From Gnetum montanum (taxonomy: Eukaryota > Plantae > Gnetophyta), in the NCBI GenBank assembly GCA_015680685.1, contig MNCI01000808.1, forward strand, positions 204,288-268,287: 64,000 nt of DNA, given 5' to 3'. The position numbers were made by a program, and so were the translations under genes. Positions 50,161 through 61,148 of the stretch are shown here, piece by piece (position 1 is the first letter of the stretch; every line of letters begins with the position of its first letter). The notes below the pieces were generated by a model. The model searched no databases. It saw nothing but the letters and a program-made list of their open reading frames with translations, and was not told the origin of the DNA.

Positions 50161-51864
50161 TCCATAAATTTCGATTTTTTTGTTTGATCATTTGTATGAA
50201 AATTGGACTCAATGACTTGGAATCAATTATTTATTAGTTTCTTAAAATTAGAATCTTTTATTTTATGATGTTATTTTTTTGTAGTTTAGATATTTTAGTT
50301 GGTGGCAATAGCAGTGAGAACGTCTTACCTAAAATAATTTCATGAAAATCAGTTTCATTAGGTAACTAATTCTTCTTATAATAAAATATATACTAATTTT
50401 CATACCAACACTAATATTTGAACTCACTACATATAGTCAATGCATCCTAACTACTACCTCTATTAAAAAATTAAAATCCTAACATGCTAGCCCTATAGAA
50501 GAGAGGATTCATGATAAGGGTAGTGACAACATTGAACTAGATTATATATAATTTATATCTAAGATAGTTGAGAGTATATGGCTTCAAATGATTAGTCTAA
50601 GTATGTCTTACCTTTGATGTAGATGCTTCCTTGAGGAAAATTAACAAGAACAAAGAAAGAGAACTATAGAAAACATAATCTTCTAAGCTCTTCTTCCTCA
50701 TCCTCCATTTAAAACTTGAGGTCTCAACTAGAAATTGTTTTTAGTTTATGGCTACTCATTGAAATTTTTTTATCATTTGGATAGATGTTATGTTATTTTT
50801 TTTTACTATGGGCTTATTGAATATAGCAATTTCTTGTAGATTGTTTCATTTTTTGTTCTTTAACATTTTTAGAGTTGTTTATGTATTTGATCTTATCATT
50901 TTACTTTCTTAGTATTCTTTTAATGTTTATATGAATTTATTGTAGCTAGAAGATTATCTTTTAAGTGGTACACTTAAATTAGTAATTCTTTAGTGGAGTA
51001 TAATTCTTAGGAAAGTGAAGGACATTGTAGGATATAGTTGTTAGTAGTATAATTGTTAACTTGGTATAGGGGATATTGGTTAGTAAGAGAATAGTAGGTA
51101 TAAAAGGTAGTATTAAAAGTACTTTTTTACATATAGAATATTATAGGTATAGGAGGAATTTTGATTCATGAGGATGGATTGATTGAATGGGACAAAAAAA
51201 GGGAGGAGGTGTCAAACTCTAAAAATATAAATAATAATTTTAGAAAATTCAAAGTACATAAAATCATCAAAGAGAGAGTCTAAAGAAAAATCCCAACGGT
51301 TTTAGGGGTGCCTTTTCACATTTTCATCCTTACAACTAATTCTAAGAAACCTTCCCTTAGGGGTAGGAAAAGGATAAGGTTTTATCTTTATTTAGAAGCA
51401 CCCTCATAGGTTTTCACTTTTTACTAAAGGGTTTTTTTGTAAAGAGAAAAAGAAGACTCTCTCTAAATAAAACAGAATACATCAATCAAAGATAAAGAAA
51501 AAATAGCAACAAAAATTAATAACTTCTCATCTTTGAGCCTATAGAAAAAAGGAAATTAATCCTATAGAAAAATGTAATTATTTAGCTTTCACTAAGAAAT
51601 GTTTTGCTTGAAGTTGTAGCTAAAAAGAAATATCTTTTAGAATTTGATATTTGACACCTAAACAGAGATTGTAGTTAGGCTTTTACTACTAGAAAATAAC
51701 TATACACTAAAGCTTCCAAATAGAGTAGGGAATAAGTGATCAAAGGTAATTGCAAATGTAAAGAAATGAAGTAGACAAACTAAGTTGATCACCAAGAATA
51801 AATTTATTGATGCATGGTTGAAAATTGTTACAAATTATGAATGTCTATTTCTAAGCATGCTAAG

Positions 51865-52468
51865 TGATGAGTCATGAATTGTTGGCTGTGATATTGCACC
51901 CATGATATCACGTATGCGATATCACAGCCTAGACATGATATCACATATGCGATATCGTAGCCTATCTCCTCATCTATAAATAAGAGGTAGGAAAATTTGG
52001 TAAAGGAGTTTTGGAAGTTGTTTTTAAGTTTTTAGTTTTAGTATTAAGGTAGGGACTTTTTGTAGGTTTTTCCTCTCAACCCTTTCTCCCAGTGCATGCC
52101 CACAGTGTGATGCTTGTAATTGTACGGCATCCTTATTTGAGTGTGACGTACTTGGACATGCACATGATCAACAATAAAGATCAAGATTACTTCATCATTG
52201 CAGCATCCACTTAGCTTAATTATTTAATTGTTATTATTATTTATTACTTTCTTAGTTAATATCTCTCTACCCTTATCTCGTAGTAACGTGGAATGAGTAC
52301 GACTTAATCACAAACATTTAAGTGTGACTACTTGGTAACCCAGTAGTGTACCTAGGCCATGTGCTTGGTAATCCTAATGGTAGTCATACAAAAGGTCCAA
52401 GATGTGTATGGATGATTAAGGAACAGATGCTCATCGCACTCAAGCTAGTTTAGATTCTCTTTCATTCT
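51865..52468 (+). mobile_element. Athila-type LTR (same subfamily as 48308), interrupted by the Tat element
   Basis: Collinear with 48308-48830. Homology stops abruptly at attct|TGTAGTGAT. Confidence 0.9.
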
Positions 52469-53961
52469 TGTAGTGATCGAAATCTTCGACGGCTGGAAAA
52501 CATCGAGAGGTCGTTAGTCGTGATAGTTTTAACCCCAAATCCATGCAAGGGTTGTGCTAGATAAAATGGAAATGGGGCACCCTGAATGGTCTGGTCAATC
52601 AGATAGGGACTTAATCAGTGTTACTATAACCTTTTGCAAATGGGTGATTCAAAAGCAGTACATATAATGTAAAATAATAATCTTTCAATGCAGGAAAGTG
52701 GAAAATGATGTAAAATGAAATGACAAGCTTTGGCTTTACTATGTAAAATAATAATCTTTCAATATAGTTAAGAGAATGCACCGCTTCAAAGCTATGGCTT
52801 TATTCTGTCAAAGTGGATACAATTGGTTGCGTGACAATGGGAAGCACAAAGATCCCAAAAGTAACCAAAACGTTCAAAGTAAGCTGACCATGTGTTTGAA
52901 TGCAGACTCAAGAGTTGACAGTGTGAAATGCTACAAAGGTAATGGGAAAGTGCAAACAGAATGCCAATCAGGAAGAATGTTTACAATGCTCAAGATTGCC
53001 AGTTTTCCAACTTGCAAAAGTACTAACTTACTTGCTCAAATTTTTGCTAACTTGCTAGCCAATTTGTTTGCTCACCCACCAACCACTTGATCATTGCTCA
53101 TCAGGGTATTTATAGGGCCAGGAGCACATGAAAGATGTAGTTTGGACGCCATGTATCCTAGATCCATGTTGACGTGTCCATGCTGCATGGAACTACAAAG
53201 CTGATTGACGAGCCTGCCATGTTGTAATTACGTTGTCAGAACTTGGAGATATGTGCCAATGATGCAAATAGGTGAAATGCATTGATGTAGTGTAGCTCCC
53301 CGCTACACTGTGCCATGTTTTGTAGCGTAGCATGTGGGTGTAGCGTAGCAGCTTGCTATGCCATGTTACGCTATGCAGTGTAGCATAGCGTAGCCACCAG
53401 TTTGAGGCAGAAACTTGTGTTGAAGCCTGTTGCATGTGTTGGAAGCCTTTGAAGTGCTCTAATCAATTTTGTATATTTGGTATGTTGTGCTACGCTACAT
53501 AGTGTAGCATAGCATAGCAACCAGCCCTAACTGCAAAAATGTTGATAGTTTTCAGACTTTGTCTTTTGCAATGCAAGAACCTTAGAACTTGGTGATCTTA
53601 CATTTTGAGACGCCTTTGTTGTCATGTTGTCGCTACACTTGCTACACTGTGTAGAATAGCATAGTGTAGCAAGCAACATAGCCTACATCATTTGCTTCCT
53701 TATCCACTGAGTTTGCCGAAAGACTTGAGTTTGAGGTAGATAGCTTTGGAAGGCCTAGGGTGCCTACCAAGTGCATTCGAAATCACTAAACAAGCTGGGC
53801 CTTTCTATCTTGCATTTTCCACGCTGTGCTACGCTACATAGCGTAACACTTTTTTCTGCAACTATCTTCTAAGGTTTTCTATGCTACATAGCATAGCGTA
53901 GAAAATTGCTTGACTTAGAAAATTTTCCAAACTGTTTTGTGCAGCCTAAGCATCACCTACA
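52469..53961 (-). mobile_element. 3' LTR (1493 bp) of a Tat-type Ty3/gypsy element, U3 rich in GCTACGCTAC/GTAGCGTAGC motifs
   Basis: Termini TGTAGTGAT...ATCACCTACA. PPT gtgtggggt adjacent (53962-53970). Minus-strand cctataaatac at about 53106-53116. Confidence 0.85.
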
Positions 53962-54791
53962 ACCCCACACATTGCTTCTGAGTAGACTGTCAGCTGGATT
54001 AACTACCCGGATGGGTAGGCTAGAGAGTTGATTAGGCCTATCAATACTGGAAGTAGAAAATTTACCAAACTAGATAGTCTAAATTTTAGAGCGTCCATCT
54101 CTTGAAGAACTACCATGATGCTACCTGGATTGCAAGGACCCGGTGAAGCAACAATGCATTGGAAATTTAGGGTGTTTCATTGGCCCCTCTTTGTCTATGT
54201 CTGGAGGATGGACTTGAGAGACATCGACAAAGAATACAAAACACCATAGGAGACAAAACGCTAATAGTGCTCTTTGATGATTGCGAAGATGTCGCTTAGC
54301 TATGCTTTGAGAGTGTTGCACTGATTACGTGGGAAAAAGGAAGGGTTAAGTGGAGAGGAAGGACGTTCAGGAAAGAGGTAAAGATGAGGCTTAATAGAAT
54401 CCCTCGTCGGAGTGCTTGTGAGGGAGAGATTTGGGTGGTTAACTTTTTTTTACTAACCTTTGACCTCTCATTGGAAAGCCGAGTGTGTGAAATAGCTTAT
54501 GTGCCATTTATTTTAGGCATAATTTTTTGCTTGTGAGATTTTTCTCTTTCCTGGGATGAGTTATGTTATATCCACATGGGGGTTTAACCTACCTACAGAT
54601 GTTTTCCATGTGGAAAGCATATGGGAGGGCTTGACAGACGTTAGGAAAATTTTGTAAGAGAAGGGAGACAGTGGAAATTGTAGTTGTAAGGAATAAGGTA
54701 AGGGAACTTAAAGGGGTAGGACAGGATGTACACTCTGAAGTAGCCAAGCTAATCAAGAAAACCATCTTGCAACACTATAGCATTTTCTTCC

Positions 54792-55259
54792 ATGGCAAGA
54801 TGCACCTTCGACCGATGCCCCTCTGGTATGCTCCCTGCAAACATAATAGAGAGCAAACCAAAAGAAACAACCATGATGCAAAACAAAGGCAAAGGTATTA
54901 CTGTGGATGCTGTTAGAGCAACTGATGTTATTGCTAAGACATGTAGCATACAAACTAGAAAGGCTAGCAGCGACCTTGGTAGCATTAGCATGGAGGAGCT
55001 AGCATTGAAGGCGCTAGGAGTTGCTGTGAATGAAAATGCTCAAGAATCCCTATCGAAGGCATGCATTCTCAGTTCGGCTATGAGATTGGCTACTACACAG
55101 CTAAACATCTTTTGATCTTGGATTCTGGTAGGGGCTGGAGGTTAACAATATTATGGCTAGGCCACAATATTGTTGGAACTCTAGTAGGAGGTGCTGACTC
55201 GGGAGGCTACTGCTAGGGTGCTGAGCCATGGTGGCAGTATGTCCAGAGGGTCAGCGTGA
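54792..55259 (+). pseudogene. Antisense accessory ORF in the 3' region of the Tat element (~155 codons, NKGKGI motif, helical)
   Basis: The track ORF 54792-55115 continues in frame through TGA/TAA/TAG stops that are compatible with C>T changes. Antisense 3' ORFs are known in Tat/Retand/Grande elements. Confidence 0.45.
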
Positions 55260-55443
55260 TGTCATACGACATCTCTAGAGGATCAACATGATGCCAAGAG
55301 TAGTGACATTGCATATGTTCCAGAGTGTGTTACCATGGCATTGTGAACTACATTTTGGAACTGCAATGCCCCACCCCATGTTGGCACTGTGCATGCTCGC
55401 TTGATGTGCACTAGTGTAGATGCATGCTTGGGATGTGCCATGA

Positions 55444-55900
55444 ACCTAGTTTAAGGTCCTGATAGACCATGGTGTGCTAGTTTAAGGTCCCGACAGACCG
55501 CTATGCTTGTTTAAGGTCCTAGTAGACCATATGCACCAGTTTAATGTCATAGCAGATGTTCCCCATGCTAGTTTAAGGTCCCAGTAGACCGTTGTGCTAG
55601 TTTAAGGTCCTAGTAGACTGATGCTATGCTAGTTTAAGGTCCTAGTAGACCGTTGTGCTAGTTTTTCGTTGTAGCGAATGGTGGATGAACTAGTTTTAGG
55701 TCCTAGCAGACAGTCTGTGCCAGTTTTACATCATAGCGAACTATCTGTACCAGTTTATAGTCATAGTGGATTATCTATGCTAGTTTTATGTTGTACCAAA
55801 TGAGCTTTTCCAGTTTAATGTTGTAGCAGACATGCTTTTCCAGTTTAACGTTGTAGCGGACGTTTGCTCACCTTTGCCAGTTTTACATCATAGCAGACGT
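55444..55900. repeat. ~30-bp tandem array (~14 units) (C/T)AGTTTAAGGTC-N6-GACC with variable linkers, just downstream of integrase
   Basis: ctagtttaaggtcctgatagacc, ctagtttaaggtcccgacagacc, ctagtttaaggtcccagtagacc and others, grading into ccagtttaacgttgtagcggac. Confidence 0.9.
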
Positions 55901-55920
55901 TTGCTTATCTGCTCATGCAT

Positions 55921-58900
55921 CTAGATGTAGTACGGCTTGAGGTACGAGTGATTCACCAGGTTTGCAAATCATTGCTGTCCATGTCTGCCAACTTGAAGGC
56001 CCCATTCCCAAAGGCTTTTGTGATCATATATGGACCTTCCCAGTTGGCTGATAATTTGTTCATATGCTCATGGCTAGCCTTAAGAATGATGTCTCCCTTT
56101 TGTATTGGTTATTGATGTGGATTTTCATGATGTTTTTTCCTTTTCTTATTCTGATAATGCTCTATGTGACCTAGTGTTTGTGCATGCTCCTCCTCTATTG
56201 AGTCAAGGTCGATGATCCTTGACTCGTTGTTTTGGGCTTCGCTCACAACATCTGATAGGATCATCCAAAGTAATGGTACCTGCAACTCAAGAGGTAACAC
56301 AACTTCAGATCCATAAACAAAACTATAAGGTGTTTTACTTGTTGCAATCTTGCATGTCGTCTTGTAAGCCCACAACACATAGAGGATTTACTCATGCCAT
56401 CGCCTCTTTCTGTTGTTGAGCATCCTTTTCAACAAGTTGATGATGGACTTATTTGTAGCCTCATCTTGTCCATTCACCTGCAGATAGTATGGCGAGGAGA
56501 ACAATTACCTAATGCCAAGATTACTGTAGAAGGTTCAGGTTTCCGCACTGTTGAATTGTGGCCCATTATCAGTTACAATAGCCATGCGGAGCCCAAACCT
56601 TGTCATGATGTTATCCAAGATGAAGTGGCAAACCTACTAAGATGTAGCCTTCCTCAAGGGAATAGCTTCCACCCACTTAGTAAAATACTCGATGGCTGTG
56701 ATGANAAAGGCTACATCTTAGTAGGTTTGCCACTTCATCTTGGATAACATCATGACAAGGTTTGGGCTCCGCATGGCTATTGTAACTGATAATGGGCCAC
56801 AATTCAACAGTGCGGAAACCTGAACCTTCTACAGTAATCTTGGCATTAGGTAATTGTTCTCCTCGCCATACTATCTGCAGGTGAATGGACAAGATGAGGC
56901 TACAAATAAGTCCATCATCAACTTGTTGAAANCTTATGAATCACATCTCTCTGGGAAGATGTCAATCCACTTGGGGGATTTCCATGTTGCACGTAGGCTT
57001 TAGTTTTGGCATACCACTCCTGAGTATCGACAACGCTAATAGAGGCTACGTGTCCTAGCTAAGTGATAGGCTCAGTACACTTAGTAATCGAGGTTAGCAT
57101 ATTTGCAAATAAGTGTGATGGAATATTTAGTGCTAGGGTGGCTAAGGCATCTGCTATGGTGTTCTCATTCATGGCATGTGTTGGACATCCATAGTTGCAA
57201 ATTGTCTATGTAGGCTTTTTGCTAGGTCATAGTAGGGTTGCAGGTGTGTAGCTTTGTAGGAATAGACCCCAGTGATTTGATTCACAACTAGTTGTGAATC
57301 TCTGCGAATCCCCAGGTGTTGTATGCATAGTGTTTGGATAGTTGAGAGGCCTCTAAGTAGCCCGTCATACTCTGCCACATTGTTTGTGTAGGGGAATGTG
57401 AAACAATAAGCAAAAGGATGCATTTCCCCAGAGGGGAACATAATGATGGAAACTGCACTACCCCCTCATATGGTTGAGGTGCCATTGAAGTGTAAAGTAG
57501 CTTGAAGGTGCGATGGGATAGCATTGATAGCGCTAACATGCTCATCTGGGAATTTGCCTAGTCATCGACAGGTGAGGCCGTAAGTTGCGTTGTTATGGCC
57601 TGGCCTTTTGTCAATGACTAGCTTACATAATGCAAATCGAATTCCATGGTTATTGCTTTCCATTGGGTTATCCTGCTACTTTCATACAGGTTGTTTGTGA
57701 TAGCCCGGAGTATGTTGCTTTTGCAAATAATGTTAATTTTGTTGCAAAACAGGTAATGCATCCACTTTTTTAATGCGAATACTAAGGCAAGGTAATTTCT
57801 CTCCACCTCGTTGTACTTCACCTCATATGCTATTAATGCATGACTTAGATAGTACATTGGTATCTCAGATCCATCATCTCGATTTTGACATAATAGTGTC
57901 GCAATAAATGTGTTAGAGGTGGCAAGGTAGATGAAGAAAGGCTTATCCCTCTGTGGTGGGTAAATAGTTGGGAGGTGCAAAAGCTCTTTCTTCAGGTCAT
58001 CGAAGGCTTGTTGGCACTAAGTTGTCCATTCGAAGTTAACCCCTTTCTTTATAAGATGTTGCATGAGGTGTAACTTGTCAGTTAGATTTGCTATAAACCT
58101 TCAGATGAATTGTACCCTACCTTGCAACCCACGTAATTCTTTAAGGTTTGTAGGAGGTGCCAGGTTGATGATGGCCTTAACTTTGTCAGGGTCCATCTGT
58201 ATTCTGGCCTCTGATACTACAAACCCCAACATGCATCCGATTCTCACCCTGAAGACACACTTTTAGGATTTGACAATACTTGAGGACTACCCCTAGATCG
58301 CGTGGGTGATCAACGGCCTCTTTGGACTTAATTGCTATAGTCGTTTAGCATTTCTAAGATGTAGTCGCTAAAGATGTAAGTCATGGCTTGCTGGTAGGTC
58401 GCTCCGGCATTGTTGAGCCCAAAAGGAATTATAGTGTAACAAAAGGTACCCCATCGGGTCATGAAGGTTGTTGTTAACTGATTCTCTGGGTTAATGTGAA
58501 TTTGGTTGTAGCCAGAGAAACCATCCATGAAGGACAACAGAGCGTGACCAGCTATACTGTCATTGAGTTGATCAATGCTCAGAAGTGAAAAATCATCTTT
58601 GATCATTACCTTGTTCAGATCTCGGAAGTCTATACAGATTCATATTCCTCCCATTTTCTTAGAAAGTACAATGATGTTGGACATCCATTTCGAGTAATCA
58701 ACTGCACAGATGAAACCAACTTCGTATAGCTTGGTGATTTCATCCTGTACAGCCAATGTGATCTCTAGTTTAACATTATGGGCCTTCTGCTTGACTACTT
58801 TCATGCGTGGGTCTAAGATGATGTTGTGCTATATGAGCCTCAGGTCTAAACCCGACATGTCACTGTATGACCATGCAAATACTTCAATGTTGTCTTGAAA

Positions 58901-59200
58901 AATATTGGCTACCTCTTTGTGCATCTACGAATCTAGGAGGGAACTAATTTTTAACATTTTTACTTGCCCCTTGGATGTGGTCATAGGCATCTCAATGAGA
59001 GGGTCCTCAGTTACATCCTTGACCTCTAAATCTAGGGTTTGGACCAGATGCTCAGGCCAATTTGGGAATGTTTCTAAGGAAACTACGGTGCTAACTATGG
59101 GTGATTCCTAGTCTATTAGATCTGAGTTCAGCTATCTTGCGAGCTTGCCATGTGGACTTGCTAATGCTAAAGGTGAAGAGAGATCATGATGGATTTCCAT
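55921..59200 (-). pseudogene. Tat-type pol: RT-RH-aRNaseH-INT (no protease in frame)
   Basis: EVFAWSY, ICIDFRDLN, SFMDGFSGYNQI, PFGLNNAGATYQ (RT). FIYLATS...YNEVERNYLAL (RH). TNNVAEYDGLL...DSQLVVNQ (aRH). LWAYKTT...TPYSFVYGSEVVLPLE and the WEGPY region, ending YLKPYYI* (INT). Confidence 0.9.
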
Positions 59201-59399
59201 TTTCACTCAACCTGCCAAAATGAGATGAAAGTTTGGTTAAGAGGTACCTGTTGGTAGTAATCATGTATAGTGAAAATTTGCAAAACAACAATGAGATGTA
59301 ATCAGTACAATATGATGTTAGATTAAAATTTTCCAGTTTAAGATCATGGGATGCAAAACTGATGAAAAATGCAAAAAACTACCGATGTGCAAATGCAAA

Positions 59400-59700
59400 G
59401 CTGATAGTTTAGTGTCATTTCGGATTGCCTAGACATAAAATGCAAAATCACTAGTATACAAAATGAAAAGTTGCTGGTGCAAAAAAAATGCAAAAATGTT
59501 AATGCAAAAATGCGAAACTATTAGTTTAGTGTCATTGCGGACTTTGAACACGTAGAAGATTGAGATTGCTAGTTTAAGGTCTTTTCGGACTGCTAACTAG
59601 AGTCAAACTAAATGCTAGGAGTGCTAGTTTAAGGTATTTTTAGACTGCTAAAATTACAACTACGTTGGGGTTTCTAATTTAAGGTCTTTTCGGACCACTA
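59400..59700. repeat. Dispersed copies (~5) of the same AGTTTAAGGTC-N6-GAC hairpin motif upstream of pol
   Basis: gctagtttaaggtcttttcggact, ctaatttaaggtcttttcggacc, agtttagtgtcatttcggatt and others. Confidence 0.7.
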
Positions 59701-59890
59701 AAGTTACATATATATATATTGTTTCTGGGAAAGAAAATAGTTAACTTGAAGCATGCCAATATCTTTTGCCCATACCTGCCCGTTTTAATGCCAACAGTGC
59801 TACGATGTTATGGCGAGCATGCTACGATGCATGGCATACCCTGCATTAAATGGAGAGAGAGAATGGCAAGTTTCCCCTTTTTACCATTAT

Positions 59891-61148
59891 GGCTATAAAT
59901 AGGGATTAACCCTCGGTAAACTCATTATTTTCACCATAACAGCGCAGAGCTCACATTCAGAGCACAGAGCGATTTTGGAGGGCAGAGCAATCATGTCAGT
60001 AGAGAGCAAGGCAGTTTCGACATAGCAACAAGAAAGAGTCAGCAAGAAAAACGATGGCTCCCAAGAAAGAACACACACACTTGGCACTCGCTAAGGTCGA
60101 TGAGGTGAAGGAAACCCTAGGGTGCATGACACAAGCATGCGTCGTGGTGCGGGAAGAGACACCGTTGACCTGGTAGGCTATTATGCTTCTTCTATTTCCT
60201 CGTGCTTCTGTTTTTGTTTTTATTTTTCTTTCTTTCATTTTCGGTGATTTATTTTTAGGTGTACGTGTTTTTTATGTCATCGTGTTGTTGTTGTTTTGGC
60301 CTTTACACTGTTGTTGTTTTCATTTTGGCTATAGTGAATGTATAAATGCTATGCTAAAGTTGCATGCAAGGCCACCTAGACCATCATCGCTATGGCTATC
60401 ATTACCGCAGAGACTTGGATGATTTAGGCTGCTTGACTTTCAGATGGTGTAGTGTAGGATCCTCAGGAGGATTTGGAAATGCATGATGTGGCAGTGTGAC
60501 ACGTGTTCTATCTAGGCATGAAGTTAAACGCTTTTGTTATGGCTAATTGCTCCATTGCTACGCTAGGATATTTTTGCTATGCCATTACCTTCATGTTTTT
60601 GCTACGCTATGTGTAGGAAGAAGATTATGCTATGCTATTTACTAAAATGCTAATTCTTGCTATGGTATGTTTGTATTGCACTCGGACATGATGCTAACAT
60701 TTGCTGTTGCGTTGTGCAAAATAGCGCTAAGGCCAATTCTAATTATCCTAGAAATTGTAGGGGTCTTGTGTTGCATGAATAGACCAGTGGCCCATGTTCC
60801 TCCTCCTCATACACGTGTGGGAGATCAAGGGGTTTGGTTTAGGGAAGGAGCATAGGAGTTCCTACAATTCCTCCTCCAACGCTTCATTGTGATCATTTGG
60901 TCGCACCTAGAGGAGGAAGTAGTAGCCATCACAATAGAAACCCTATTGCCTAGGGCAAATAGGGGTATTCTGAAGTTTTTGATAGATGGGGAAATTAGTA
61001 GTAGGCAGGGAGAAGGATCTAGTCAGCACCCCAAAAATTTGAGGTGTTTGGCTTGGATCTAGGATATGCTTGAGTACAGCTGCTACCATCTTTACAACAC
61101 ATTGTTTGTTGCATGTCATATGGGAACTGTACTAACCTAAATTGTCTA
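59891..61148 (+). pseudogene. Intron-containing gene for an FCP1/NIF-like (HAD-fold, CTD-phosphatase-like) domain lacking catalytic Asp; domain exon ~60721-61148, cut by a nested LTR
   Basis: TATA ctataaata 59893, donor TG|GTAGGC 60173, T-rich introns. Read-through of three C>T-type stops gives RPILIILEIVGVLCC...VWFREGAQEFLQFLLQRFIVIIWSH...HPKNLRCLAW...YHLYNTLFV. This matches NIF motifs (LVLDLNGVL, RPxxxEFL...FxVxIWS, KDL, NTLLVDD) in order and spacing. Confidence 0.6.

Noticed and set aside
55444-55900. CRISPR-like repeat/spacer appearance
   Set aside because: Linkers are only about 6-15 bp and related to each other, the repeats are degenerate, the context is a plant retroelement, and no cas genes are present.
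56427-56931. Near-perfect 225-bp inverted duplication inside integrase
   Set aside because: The copy at 56706-56931 is bounded by single n characters and is essentially identical to 56427-56651. It is most likely a mis-oriented contig, not a hairpin.
55444-59700. Possible hammerhead ribozymes in the hairpin repeats
   Set aside because: No CUGANGA...GAAA core was found in the required arrangement.
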